From Eledone cirrhosa (lineage: Eukaryota), in the NCBI GenBank assembly GCA_964016885.1, contig OZ024746.1, forward strand, positions 64,356,001 to 64,420,000: DNA of 64,000 nucleotides, written 5' to 3'. The notes under the pieces are model-generated. The model did not search any database, was not told the origin of the DNA, and saw nothing but the letters and a program-made list of their open reading frames with translations. Position 1 is the first letter of the stretch. Every line of letters begins with the position of its first letter. A program made the translations under genes and the position numbers. Positions 37,695-51,801 of the stretch are shown piece after piece.

Positions 37695-40600
37695 ATCATC
37701 ATCATCATCGTTTAATGTCCATCTTCCACGCTTGCATGGGTTTGGATATATATGTATCTCTCTGTGTGTTTATACATAGGGAAACTAGTGACTAATATTA
37801 ATGATTGATGAGAAGAATCATTATCTTAATTTTTAAAGAGTTTTCTAGATTTACCTGCAAACAATGCTTTTCACAAAGAATTCAAGAATCTGTTGACTTA
37901 AGTACTGGCAATAATTTCTATAGAAATATATTCTCTAGCACTTTTATATTCTCAGAATGTTTTAATTTCATTTCTGTTGAACTCTTGTTCATTGAAATAG
38001 TAATAATTTTTTTCTACCTATAATAATGTTTGCAAACAACTTTCCTGAGAATAGAAGTAGCTTCATTGATAATTTTAATGCTTAAAAGTTGCAGACCAAT
38101 CTCTAATATTCTGATAAGGTGTTTTATAGAAAATAAAAATGTGATAAATATATTTTTTCTGGAATATGATTTTAAAGTAGTTGATTATTATTTCTGTTTC
38201 TATAGAAGAGAATTGGGGAAGCTGTTTAATTCAAATAAATATTTGTTGTAAATTGCCAACATAAATAGTTGGGCAAAACATTTAATTTAGCTTGTATAAC
38301 AGAATGTTTGACTGATGTAATAAAATTGCTTATTTAACTGTTGTAATAGGATTTTTGACATAACTTCTCTAATAGGCTTCCTCCTTTTAAGGAAAAAATG
38401 TTCAATTATTTAAATAGATTTTGGAATATGACTGGAAAATGAAATATTCTTTTTGCATTTGCGATATTAAAAGTTAAGTTTTGAAATGTGGAACGAAACA
38501 TTCCACATTATAGATGTTGAAAAGTCTGCTCATCATCATCATCATCATCATTACTAAATTCATCATCCTCATTAAATTTATCATTATCATTATTTTCATC
38601 ATTTTTATCTTCTTCATCATATTCATCATATATTTGCTTTGCATGGTTGAAATTTGAAAAATCTGTAAAATAACTTATCTTCGTTAGTCATTATTTTATG
38701 GTGAATTTCTGTCCTACGCTTTTATCTCTGTATTAGCCATTTCATTCCTAATCTCCACCCCCTTCTAAATTTCTAATCTAGCTCATGCAGCGCCTGCAAT
38801 CTAATTTCTTTATCTCATTACAACTGTTGTAGACTTTTCTGAAAAACCAACAAACAAATAAAACTAAACAAAAAAAAAAAGAAGAAAAACAATCAAAAGC
38901 CACAACTGATGCCAATCAGTCTTTATTATTTCAGCCGAGTTTCTTACTCAGATTTGTATTATACATTCAAAGCCTATTTCTAAACATTGTCCGAAGTAGT
39001 TTCTTTGTATTAGATCTTTTGCAATATACTTTTAAGTTGTTTCCTGTCTCTTACTGAATCTCATTCTTTCTGCTTTCTGTCTCTAGTAATGTTATTCATT
39101 TTTATACACTGTCTATTTTATTCTGGCCATATCATTCTATCATTTAATATTTGCTCTAGATTACAAATAAACATAAATTTTAATATTGGTTTCTTTCTTC
39201 GGCATAAAACCAAAATCTCTTTTTTTTTACACTTTTATTATTTTATGTTTTGTAATGCAAAAGGAAATGATTGGTATGATCCCAATAAATTCTTCTTAGT
39301 TTGGTATTTATTTTAGCTAGAATGAAGATTGCAGTAAGCAAAAACTATATTTGGCAGGATATTGAAATCATTCATTTTTTAAAATAAATTTTATATTCAA
39401 TTAATATTGGATATGTCAATTGTATCACAGATGTTCACGAAAACCTTATGAAACCATCTAAATCAAACTCAATAACAAGGATTCAATTGTCGAATAATAG
39501 CACTAGCCTGATACAATCAATCATCCGTTGTTAGCTGAGGTGAGATATAAGAATATTATATAGGTCATCCACAAGTAGTTAACTGGCTGTACAATGCTTA
39601 TTTTCATTTCCATCAAGATTATAGCTTTATTATTCTAGTTGAAGAACTATTTTTGGGGGGAATAGCATTAATGACATTGCTCTAAAATACATACTTGCCA
39701 GTGAACTCAACATATCTCTGTGTAATCACACTATAAACAGTGTTTTACAGTAAAGAGATTCTAAATGATAATTAAACAGCTGTGACCAAGTTTGTAATTT
39801 CAACTTCAAGGTTGCGTTCATAAAGAACAGCTTTAAGTATAGACATCACTGACAAAAGAGAAAATTTAGATTATTGCAATTTGGAAATCTTCCTGACAGG
39901 TGCCAATCTTTGTCCAGTTACCTCAAGATTGAATTATTTATACCAGAAAGATAAGAAAACTTGCTATGTCAGTGGCTCTAAGCCAGTAACATATTGAATT
40001 TGAGTCCAGTTTGTTATTCTACTCAATAACTTTTAACTCTTATATGTCAATTACAAAGCAATAGATGGGACATATTTCTTAATTACAACTCCTGATAAGA
40101 ATACCAGCATGGTGTAAATATTTCAATCTAGAGAAAGGAAATTAGGTTCAATTGCTATTTCTACAATAGATTTATCTAATAGTTTTTTTGACAGTTAGTG
40201 CCAATAAAAATATTGAAACCAGTTAGTTAGCATGGTTTATTTTCGGTTAGAAAATAGTTGTTGTTATTTCACCCCAGGTCAGCCCTGATTGAGCACACAC
40301 ATCTATGATCAAATTATTTTCAGTCATAATTCTATCTTATTTATCTAGGACTACATTATCCAGTGTGTCCATTTTTTAAATTTTTTTTTTGCTTTTGTCA
40401 GTATGATTGGTGGTGGCTTAAAGGAGATGTGTTGATTCAAGAAATTATTAGTTTGATGGGTTGAGTTGTTTGTCATTTTTCACTTCCAATATCTTCTTCA
40501 GATTCGGGTATCTAAAGATTAATAACTTTGTTTTTTTTACTCTATGATGTCCAACTATAATGAAGTAAAAGTATGGAGAGGAATTAGGTTTTATTACCAT

Positions 40601-40724
40601 GAATATGGAATAGTTTAATTAAAATTTCTCTGTGACATGACAATGAGATTGATGTAGTCATTGACTACACCATATCCTATCAATTCAGTTAGTTATGTCT
40701 TCATTATATATGTAAACAAGACTG

Positions 40725-41197
40725 TTTTGGCAGTATCGGTAGGGGGTCAGACACCATGCTTTCCAGCATAGTTACATCCCTTTACGATCTGAGTTCAAAT
40801 CCCGCCGAGGTTGACTTTGCCTTTCATCCTTACGGGGTCAATAAAATAAAGTACCAGTAATGCACTGGGTAATTGCTGGCCTTGTGCCTAAAGTAGAAAC
40901 AGTTATTGCTCCAACCAGTCTATTCACCATCGTCAACTACCCTAAATATACATACACAACACATATATACACTATATACATAACAAACAAGCAATCATCA
41001 AATGCCCTATATGTAAATAATTGTTTCTACTTTTGGCACAAGGCCAGCAATTATCCCAGTGTATTACTGGTACTTTATTTTATCAACCCCTTAAGGATGA
41101 ACGGCAAAGTTAACCTTGGTGGGATTTGAACTCGGACTATAAAGAGCTGTAACTCTTTGCTGCAAAGTGTGGCGTCAGACCCTCTACTGATACTGTC
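40725..41197. mobile_element. Tail-to-tail inverted pair of Meta-SINEs (40725-40905 +, 41015-41197 -)
   Basis: Two near-consensus copies in opposite orientation, about 110 bp apart. Confidence 0.9.
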
Positions 41198-44100
41198 ATG
41201 CACTCGGAAAACAAAACCAACAATAAACAAAGCATTTAGTAGACAAGACCATCAGATTCCAAATTCACAAAAATTACATTCGTAAAAACAAAGCAAATCA
41301 TGAAATGTCTATATTAGAGCTAATACTTCCCCCATAATCCCTATCTCAGACTTCATCTATACATCCCAACTTGTAACCCACTCTAAATATGAGTCTGGTT
41401 GCAGACATCAAGTTGCAGCCATCAAATTATGCAGTTTCTATATGACATTAAACAATAGCTATTATTATCTGCAGCGACTACAACACCATTACACCATTAC
41501 ACAATAGGACTTGCCCCACCCTCTCTCATATACCCTTGACCTTAAACCTTCAAACAATGTTTGATAAACATATAAATTGTATTAGAGTTGAAAGAATAAA
41601 AAAATAAATATTTATCGAAAATATTTTAAAATATTTTATTTAAAAAAATTTTTTTTTTATTGTTAGTCAGTGAGGGAGGGACAGTGCTCATAAACTTCAA
41701 GGCCTCAAAAATTGCAAGGACGGATGGAGGAGGGGAAAGTTTCCTCAAAACAGAAATCTGTTGTAAATGCTTGCAACCGAATTGACTTCACTGAAGCACA
41801 TGTTAAACTGGACACAGGATTAAGTCTAGCACCTGAATAGGTAGCAGTGGGATATGAACTGAGAATGCAAAGAGCTGGAACAAACTCCACAAGACATTAC
41901 ATCCAACACTCTAACAATTCTGCCAATAAATCACCTTGGACTGGCACTTTGTTTTAAATTGACATACCCTCAACACTTTTTACGTTTGTTAAGTCTGTCT
42001 AGCATCTAATACTCCCATGGTGTTAGGGCATCTTTAATTGTTTCTTTATGTCAAAATGCTGACACTTATGAAAGAGAAAATTATGTAAAGTTTCAGCTTA
42101 CCGATGAAGTTTTTAGTGTGTTTTTAACATGGAAATTACATATGACTGCTCATTATTTAAAATATATTGACAGATGTGAACATTTGAAGAATGTTAGTAC
42201 TTAACATGTCTATATGAACTAGTTTGTTCAACCATGAAACACAACTGTATATGGATTGTAGTTAAATGCTGGAATGAAATTTGTCCAAAATTATCTTGAA
42301 ATTTTATTGTTTCATATAATGGCTTTCAAAGTATTTTACATTATTTACTATCGAAGAAGCTAGAGCATATACATTTTTGGAAAATATACAAATATAATAG
42401 TGAAATTTTGTTTTAAAACATCATCAGCTACTATAATTGTTCTAGTAAGTATAAGATACTTACTTTTTGCTATTTACGTCAGTATCTGAACTATGAGATA
42501 CTTCCAATTATGAATACCTACTGATGGTACTTATTTAAAATGAAGTGAGCCTCTTTTTTATTGTTCTACCTACTAGACATAATAACCAAATTCTCCTCAA
42601 ATCATTCCCTACAACATTAAAGAAGGATGTACATATTGGATGATGTAGTGTTATGTGCAACTATGTCTAAATAAAAGGTAGAATGGTCTCTCAGGGCCTA
42701 TCTGGGGTTGAACAACAATAACAACTTATTTACAACTTGGCAAGATGAACCTTTAAAGGTTGAGTGTCCTTTTCAAGGATACAATACAGAAAAACATTGG
42801 CAAGTTGGAACTTGTCAACACATCCACTTGTCAACATACCTGCTTGTCAACACTCAATAGCTTGGCTTACTGCAGCTCTCACAGGCAGGGAATAAAGAGA
42901 GAGAGAGAGAGGGGGGGTTAGTGTGTGGGTGTTTTAACATGTTGGAGCACTGGACCAATGGAAAATTAAACAGTAATTTGGCAAATTTCAAAACTGAGAT
43001 CAAGTGTAATGTTATGCAATATATGTGACATATTTTTGAGTGAAGATAATCCATATGCTAATTAACAGGTCTTGCAGCCATTACTAGCTGGGTTGGAAAT
43101 TGTAGATGTCACAATCAAATTTTATACTGAATTTGATAGTGTAAGATTTAGCATGTAGATAAGGTTTCAGCAGTTATTTGGAAGTATCTTCCTACAAGTT
43201 CATGACTATCTTTATTCTCTAAAGTATATTGTCTTGTAATAATTATTGAATGTTTGCCTTATAGACATTATTTAAAATCAACACTTTTTAATAACTATCA
43301 GAGTCCATAGGGCATTTGCTTAGTTTGGGTTTCTGTTAAACATATACACAATTCATATATTTGTAATGCACATATATTAAATGTGTGTGTGTGTGTGTAC
43401 ATACGTATGTATGTAATTTACCCCAGGCACTTTTTGCTAAAACAAAATATCACTACAATTATTGACTTAGTAGTATGCTTATAAAGTGTATACATCTGAA
43501 TAAAGAGAGCATATAACTCAACTATACTGGGTTTTGAAGAGATTTTAAGGAGAATCAAAACAGATAATCAAGTAGCTATTTGTTAACTATGTAATCTAGG
43601 GCAATAGAATTGCAGAGCTTGCCTGCTGACACAATGAAATGCCTCATTTGCTGGTGATTAGAAATATTATCTTCTCAGCTATTTGAGCCCTGTAAACTAA
43701 CAATAAAGAAAGTTGGAATGGTAAATGCCTCCTTGAATCACAGGAATTTGTAAAGCTGGGGCTTATCTCTGAATTCAGTATCATTAAATAAATGAGAGAT
43801 AAATCTTCTGTACATTTACAGTTGCAATTAACATTCTCCGTAGCACTGATCTGGTATTGATTCTTTTGCTTTTAAGTGAACTGAAGCATATATAATAGAA
43901 TTTAATAAAGTATCTTGGTCAGAGAAACAAGAAAATATCTGTAGCATATACGAACTCACAATCTAAGAGCTGTTAGTTTGATTATGTTATCGGTTTATCT
44001 ATTTCACTTCTATACTTATACATAAGTATCAAAGTTTTATCTTGTCTATCACATCAAATTTCTTGACTTAGCTTGCTAATTCATCGTAGATAATTTCTGC

Positions 44101-45164
44101 AATTTTCTCATCAAAACCTAGCTGCTGTGCTCTCTATTGTTACATTGTTACTATTGTATGGTGAATTCTAAAGTAAATTTAGATTATTGATTAAGTTTGT
44201 TTGACAGAAAGTAAGCATGTATATCTGCTGCAATAGTTGTTACTGTCTTGACAGCTAACCTGTGCAGGCAATCAGACATTCAGACCACATGAAAGGAAGT
44301 TTGTTACATGTTGTGCCAAATAGCTTCTTGCTGTGATAATTGTATTATATTTTACCTGGAAAAGAATTTAAATTTATCGATGTAAACTAGTTGTTTGTAA
44401 AGCTTCAGTTTTGATTTATTGTTATAATAGCTAGGCTTTTTATTGTTCATATATAGTTACAAATCTTGAAACTTATTAAATGAGTGAAGTGCCGGTTTGT
44501 AGTGTTTATGATTTTGCTGGAGGCATCAGTTATATAAAGGAAATATATAAAGGAAGCAGTTCCAATTTCGAAAACTGATCATCTGTTTTTCACTAAACAC
44601 TTTCTACAATATAACAAAATAGCACAGATGAGAATGGTAATGATATATTATAGGTGAAATAGATAGATTTTGAGATGTTCATGCCTCTATTAAAAGTAAC
44701 AAGATTAGAAAAATGTCTTAATGGGCCCACATATTTGGGCATAGACATAGCTTTGTGGTTAAGAAGTTTGTGTTGCAAGAATGTGGTTCTATGTTCAATC
44801 TCACTACATAGAATCTTGTGAAAGTGCTTTTTCTACTTTAGCCTTGGTCTGATTAATACGTTGATGATCTCCACATCAATGCCCACACCATTTTGTCTGT
44901 GGTGTACAGGTGAGATATACCACTTAAACAAGAGTGTAGAGTACTTCCTCACTTTACCTGGCTTTTGCTATGTAATTTTTTTCTCTTTTTCATTTATTTT
45001 TTATATCAAACTGTGATGATTTGTAAATATACTTTAATAATAAAGGTTTCGATTTTTTAAATGGATACATTCTTTTTGAATGAAATTGGATAGATGGGAT
45101 GGTTTTTATGACTTAGAGGCACTGTTCTGGTTCTTGGGTAATAAACTTAATCTGTCACTTGGTT

Positions 45165-45386
45165 TAAAGCATTTACATTACTCTATCTTTACTATTGTAT
45201 TTTTGTGGTAAAGGCATTATCTCACATAATTATCTCACATAATATCAAATCTATCAGATTTTGATATTATTTATTTTGAGAACAATACCTTAACATCAGT
45301 ATGAGTGGCCTGTCACACCCAGTTTGAACAGAAAGAGGTGAGAGGATTCTGGTCAGATACAGCCGGTTTAAATGCTAATGGGTTAA
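45165..45386 (-). mobile_element. piggyBac-like MITE family 1
   Basis: AGCATTTACATTACTC...TAAATGCTAATGGG-TTAA. Confidence 0.8.
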
Positions 45387-45669
45387 CAGCACCACCTATA
45401 GTTTGCTTGGTTTAACACCACCGTCTGATCTTTGGGTGTCTTTAGTAGAGTCTACTCCGTTGCAAGCATTTTGATCAGCTCTTCAGACTCCCTGTAAAAT
45501 GTCATAGACCCAGCATTTCCTTCTTCTGACTAAGCCATAAAAAAGACATACTTAAACAAATTCAGCCTTACTCAGTAGTGCCTCTATGAGGATTATGATG
45601 ATAGAGCAAAATGTCTGCTCTGTTGAGGTAATGTGGTGATAGTTACTTGAACTGACCTCATTATATTAC

Positions 45670-46297
45670 AAGTAATAATTGTTTCAACTTTTGGCACAAG
45701 ACCAGCAATTTGAAGGGAAAGGAAAAGTCAATTAAATTAACCCCAGTGTGTTACTGGTATTTTATTTTATCAACTCTGTGAGGATGGAAGGCAAAGCTAA
45801 CCTTGGCTGGATTTGCCACGAAAAAGCACCCAGCACTCACTGTAAACGAGGTTGGTGTTAGGAAGGGCATCCAGCTGTAGAAATCAAGCCAAATCAGTTC
45901 CTGTATGAGCAAGGCATGGTCAGCCGACCAGACACTGCCCACAACAGGACAACCTGTCTAACCCATGCTAGCGTGGAAGAACGGACGTAAAATGGTGATG
46001 ATGATGAGTGTAAATGGCCATAACTATATGCCACAAAGCATGTTGTCTGATGCTCTACTGATTCTACTAATCTGCTGCCCTTATATTACTAGTAATAATA
46101 GGAAAGAGGGTGGTGGATTGGCAGTATCGGTAGAGGATCTGACTCCATGCTTTGCAGCATAGTTACGTCCCTTTACGGTCTGAGTTCAAATCCCGCCAAG
46201 GTTAACTTTGCTTTTCATCCTTACGGGGTCGATAAAATAAAGTACCAGTAATATACTGGGATAATTGCTGGCCTTGTGCTAAAGGTAGAAACAATAA
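45670..46297. mobile_element. Meta-SINE (-) split at its B-box by an RTE-tail SINE fragment (45815-46005 +), head-to-head with a Meta-SINE (46107-46297 +)
   Basis: GGATTTG|CCACGAAAAAGCACCCAGC...GATGATGATG|AGTGTAAATGGCCATAACT resumes the Meta-SINE. Confidence 0.85.
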
Positions 46298-46754
46298 TAG
46301 GGAAGAGAAACTGGAAGGTATGTCCATGCCTTTCCAGAGTCTTATATTATAAATGAAATAAACCATTGTGAAAAGTTCTCTTAGTAATTAAAATTTTGTT
46401 GCAGACTCTTGTTTGCTGAGGAATATATTGCTATATCTTTGACATAATGAAGATGATTGAAGATGATTGATGATATTGATGATGATGATAGTCAACATTT
46501 TCTTCTTCGCCTGGGAAGCATATGTACAACTCTTGATGTCTTTTGAACAGCAGTTGGATAAACCTGGCCGCAGGGAGTTTGCACACTAATAGTGATGTGT
46601 TCATCACTTTAATGCAGCATTGATGCTACTATAATGAGACTTGCATTGTTATTACATTATTATTGATAACAAGCAATAGATTGAGTTGCATGTGCAAGTG
46701 GGTGAAGACTGATTGCTGCACATATGTGTTTCTTTGTTGAAAGGTGATATGATG

Positions 46755-46975
46755 GCAATATCAATGGTTATGATGCTGCTGCTGCTGGTAATGGTTAGGA
46801 AGATGATGGTTATGGTGATGGTAGTTATTACAATGATGGTTATGACAACAATGATTATGATGATGGTGGTTATGATAATGGTCATTCTGATGATGGTGGT
46901 TATGATTGGTCATTATGGTAGTGATGGTTATGACGATGATGGTTATGTTTATGATGATGGTTGTTTATGATGATA
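46755..46975. repeat. Degenerate (GAT/GGT)n trinucleotide tract
   Basis: Directly visible; it generates the spurious Met/Val-rich ORFs. Confidence 0.9.
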
Positions 46976-47049
46976 GTGGCAATGCCAATATATTATATTG
47001 TTTGTTGGTTTATAGTGATAAACATTTTCCTTTACTATTTCGTTATATA

Positions 47050-47074
47050 TAATATGCATATCTCTTTCATTGTG

Positions 47075-47105
<31 letters not shown>

Positions 47106-47156
47106 CGTCTCTTTCATTGTGTATATATATATATATTTAATATACGTCTCTTTCAT

Positions 47157-47195
<39 letters not shown>

Positions 47196-47205
47196 CGTCT
47201 TTCAT

Positions 47206-47246
<41 letters not shown>

Positions 47247-47330
47247 CGTCTTTCATTGTGTATATATATATATATATATATAATATACGTCTTTCATTGT
47301 GTATATATATATAATATATGTATCTTTCAT

Positions 47331-47379
<49 letters not shown>

Positions 47380-47391
47380 CGTCTCTTTCAT

Positions 47392-47423
<32 letters not shown>

Positions 47424-47436
47424 ACGTCTCTTTCAT

Positions 47437-47477
<41 letters not shown>

Positions 47478-47528
47478 CGTCTCTTTCATTGTGTGTATAT
47501 ATATATATAATATATACGTCTCTTTCAT

Positions 47529-47572
<44 letters not shown>

Positions 47573-47610
47573 GTCTCTTTCATTGTATATATATATATAT
47601 ATATACGTTA
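47050..47610. repeat. Compound minisatellite: ~22-bp unit separated by variable (TA)n, about 12 units
   Basis: AATATACGTCTCTTTCATTGTG-(TA)n repeated; isolated monomers continue to ~49040. Confidence 0.95.
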
Positions 47611-47784
47611 TTCCGGGTTGAATCGGAGGTAACCACAGTAAGTAAGGTACTCAATACATAGCAGAGTATAACAGTTTTAATATAGATGAGATTCTACTAT
47701 ATATTATTATATATATATATCATCATTTTACGTCCGCTCTTCCCTGCTTGCAAGGGTGGGATATATATATATATATATATATAT

Positions 47785-48125
47785 GGAGGCATATGGCTTA
47801 GTGGTTAGAGCATTGGCCTTCAATCGTAAGGTTGCGAGTTCAATTCTCAGACCGCGTGATGTGTTGTTTCCTTGAGTGAGACACTTTATTTCACATTGCT
47901 CCAGTTTACTCAACTGTAGAAATGAGATGATAGGACTGGGGTCCCTATCATTCCACTGCAAAGTGGTCGTTGAGGTGCCACGGCAAAAATAAAATCACCC
48001 AGCACTCACTGTAAATTAGGTTGGTGTTAGGAAGGGCATCCAGCTGTAGAAATCGAGCCAGAATCAGTTCCTGTCCCACCCTTGCAAGCAGGGAAAAGCG
48101 AACGTAAAATGATGATGATGATGAT
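47785..48125 (+). mobile_element. Full-length CORE/RTE-tail SINE
   Basis: Intact A/B boxes, RTE tail, (ATG)n; preceded by an inverted 40-bp RTE tail at 47721-47760. Confidence 0.92.
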
Positions 48126-48419
48126 ATATATGTAATATACATATATGTAATTTACATCTCTTTCATTCACGTTGCTCCAGTTTACTCAACTGTAGAAATG
48201 AGTTGCAACGCCACTGGTGTCAAGCTGTATTGGCCATTGCTTTTCCCTTGGACATCATCGGTGGCATGGAGAGGGGAGGCTGGTATGGATGGGTGACTGC
48301 TGGTCTTCCACAAACAACCTTGCCCAGACTTGAGCGTCAGAGGGAAACTTTCTAGGTGCAAATCCCATGGTCATTCGTGACCGAAGGGGGTCTTTATATT
48401 CATATATAATATACATCTA

Positions 48420-48554
48420 GCATAGTTATGTCCCTTTACGGTCTGAGTTCAAATCCTGTCGCAGTTAACTTTGCCTTTCATCCTTACGGGGTCGATAAAA
48501 TAAAGTACCAGTAATGTACTGGGTAATTGCTGGCCTTGTACCAAAAGTAGAAAC

Positions 48555-48594
<40 letters not shown>

Positions 48595-48942
48595 CATGTC
48601 GCATGTCTCTTTCATTGTATATATAATTGTTTCTACAGTTGGCACAAGGCCAGCAATTACCCAGTACATTACTGGTACTTTATTTTATCGACCCCGTAAA
48701 AATGAAAGGCAAAGTTAACCTCAAGAGGATTTGAACTCAGACCGTAAAGGGACATAACTATGCTGGAAAGCATGGCGTCCAACCCTCCACCGATACTGCC
48801 AATTCACCGCCCTCATATATTGTATTTCATTTTATATATAATATATATGTCTCTTTCATTGTATATAATATATATGTCTTGAGGACCCGCATAAGGTGAA
48901 ACATTTGTTCTCGGTATGGTGAACTAACTGCTGTGGAACTAC

Positions 48943-49005
<63 letters not shown>

Positions 49006-49192
49006 CATGTATCTTTCATTGTATACTTGTCTCTTTAATTATATATATTCCAGCATAGTTACGTCCCTTAACGATCTGAGTTCAAATCCCGCCGAGGTTG
49101 ACTTTGCCTTTCATCCTTACGGGGTCGCTAAAATAAAGTACCAGTAATGCACTGAGTAATTGCTGGTCTTGTGCCTAAAAGTAGAAACAATT
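48420..49192. mobile_element. Three Meta-SINEs in alternating orientation (48420-48557 +, 48624-48812 -, 49047-49192 +)
   Basis: Near-consensus B-box, Meta and tail segments. Confidence 0.88.
48879..48910 (+). other. 5'-truncated minimal hammerhead-like motif
   Basis: TTGAGGA-CCC-GCATAA-GGT-GAAAC-ATTT-GTT; the stem I 5' arm is missing. Confidence 0.35.
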
Positions 49193-49739
49193 ATATATAA
49201 TATATTTACATGTGAGACCATCCATGTTAATTTTTGAGATTTGACCATCTGCTGATTAGAGTTGGGTTAAAACAGTCTAGTTGTAAATTGATCTGTTGCC
49301 AAATTCTATTGTTTGTTGGAATTAGATATTATTAAATACCATTTCCTGTTTACTTTCAAAAGACAAAAGGAGGAAAGAAGGAAAAAAAATAAAGGAAGAC
49401 ATTTATAAAAAAAAAAAATATATATATATATATAACAGAAATGAATTATATATGATATTTGTATGATATATATATGTGTGTGTGTGTGTGTGTGATGTAT
49501 CATTTATGGTGGGGAGAGAGAGTGTGAGAAAGAGCATGTGTAGAGAGAAAGAGTGTGTGAGAGTGAGTGTGAGTGTGTGGGAGAGTGAGAGAAAGTGGGA
49601 CAGAATGAGTGCGAGTGTGTGGGGGAGAGAGAGAGAGAGGGTACGAGAGAGAGAAAACACAACAGAATACAGAGACAATCATATTCTACGTAATTGATGT
49701 CTGTTATGTCTGCAGTCTGTTGTTTTATCTCCCCTGCTC

Positions 49740-49843
49740 TCTAGCTCTCCTTCTCTATCTCTCTCTTTCTCTCTCTCTCTTTCTTTCTCTCTCTCTCTCT
49801 CAGTCTCTTTCTCTCTCTCTCTCTCTCTCTCAGTCTCTCTCTA

Positions 49844-49906
<63 letters not shown>

Positions 49907-49959
49907 ATCTCTCTCTCTATCTCTATCTCTCTCTCTCTCTCTTTCTCTCTATCTCTCTC

Positions 49960-49992
<33 letters not shown>

Positions 49993-50040
49993 TGCACACG
50001 CTTCTTCTTTCTCTCTGCCACTCTCTTTCTCCTACTCTCT
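49740..50040. repeat. ~300-bp interrupted (CT)n tract, preceded by a GA/GT-rich tract (49510-49655)
   Basis: Directly visible. Confidence 0.95.
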
Positions 50041-50926
50041 CTCGTAAATGATACAGTACACACACACACACATATATATATAATATACATGTACACTTGT
50101 TAAGTCTCCAGTATGGATATAGCCTTTGACACAGGAACTGTCCTCACTCTCATACAGTCCTCCCACACTTATGTTTACAAAGACAATTTAATCTTTATCT
50201 CTGTCAACTATTGTCTAAAATGTGTGTGTGTGTACTCTTCTCCACACACTTAAGCACACACATACACATATGCATGCATATACATGTCCAACCCATGCAA
50301 ACAGGAAATAAATGGTGTGTATATATCATCATTATCATCATCATTTATACATATATATGCAAGTGTGGAATAACATGTAAAATAAGGATGATAATGATAT
50401 ATATATATTTATTAAAATAACAGATTAAAGTTTAAGCAAAGAATCGCTGCTTTCACCCTTAACGGGATCTTCTGAAACTAACAAAGTCAATCTGTGAACG
50501 CAGAAGTGAATATTTCAAAAAACGTTGCAACCGGAGGAAGACAGGAAGACGATACTTTGGTTCGTGGAAACGTTCCCTGGCAAAGAACAGGAAAAAAACG
50601 AATATAATACGTCATTATTTGGAGCAGTGAAAAACAATTACACGCAAAGACAAAACCATGTTTATGGTATAAAAGAAGTCGTAGACTAATATTCTATTAG
50701 GTGGTTCATGGAGACGTTCTCTGGCAATGAACGGAGGTGGTGCCTACACGCCCACTTTACAGTGTGGGCTGGGTGCTTTTTTGCCGTGGCACCTCCACGA
50801 CTACTTTGCAGTGGAATGATAGGGACCCCAGTCCTATCATCTGTTATTTTAATAAATATTTGCTCTACGGTTCTTATATATTTGATATATATTTATCCTT
50901 ATCAAGCCCTCTTCGGATTTTATTAT

Positions 50927-50974
<48 letters not shown>

Positions 50975-51323
50975 GGAAAAATTTGAACAGGGACAAAACA
51001 GAGAGGCAGTACAACGAATGTTTATTAATTTCACACTCTGGAGAGTGGGGTATATATATATATTTATATATATAAGGTCTTATAACTTATTAAAGCACAA
51101 GGCAAATTAAAATTTTTGAAAGTGTGGGATACCCAAACCGAGTAACTGTAACAATAGTCGATTGCTATAAATAGTAGCTTAGAACATTGTGTAAATATTT
51201 TTAAAGATAGTAAAAGTGACCAGCAGTTGCTGCAAAGAATCAAACTATATCTCTTGAATTCTGGCCCACGTCATACATTTTATTTGTATGATGTGTGTAA
51301 GTGTGTGTCTGTCTGTGTGTGTG

Positions 51324-51357
<34 letters not shown>

Positions 51358-51727
51358 TTTACGTCCGCTTTTCCCTGCTTGCAAGGGTGGGACAGGAACT
51401 GATTCTGCCTTGATTTCTACAGCTGGATGCCCTTCCTAACACCAACCTCATTTACAGTGAGTGCTGGGTGCTTTTTTTCCGTGGTGCCTACACGTCCACT
51501 TTACAGTGTGGGCTGGGTGCTTTTTTGCTGTGGCACCTCCACGACCACTTTGCAGTGGAATGATAGGGACCCCCAGTCCTATCATGTCATTTCTACAGCT
51601 GAATAAACTGGAGCAATGTGAAATAAAGTATCTTGCTCAAGGAAACAACACATCACCCGGTCTGAGAATTGAACCCACAACCTTTCGATTGCAAGGTCAA
51701 TGCTCTAACCACTAAGCCATGTGCCTC
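51324..51727 (-). mobile_element. Full-length CORE/RTE-tail SINE with internal ~48-bp tandem duplication (fragment of the same variant at 50735-50838)
   Basis: TTTACAGTGWGKGCTGGGTGCTTTTTT...GTGG repeated at ~51451 and ~51500. Confidence 0.9.
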
Positions 51728-51801
51728 TGTGTGTGTATATATATATGTGTGTATGTATGTGTGTGTGTGTGTGTTTATGTGTATATATCATCATCTACTA
51801 G

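Noticed and set aside
47050-47610. CRISPR-like repeat/spacer pattern
   Set aside because: The spacers are only (TA)n, there are no cas genes, and the context is eukaryotic.
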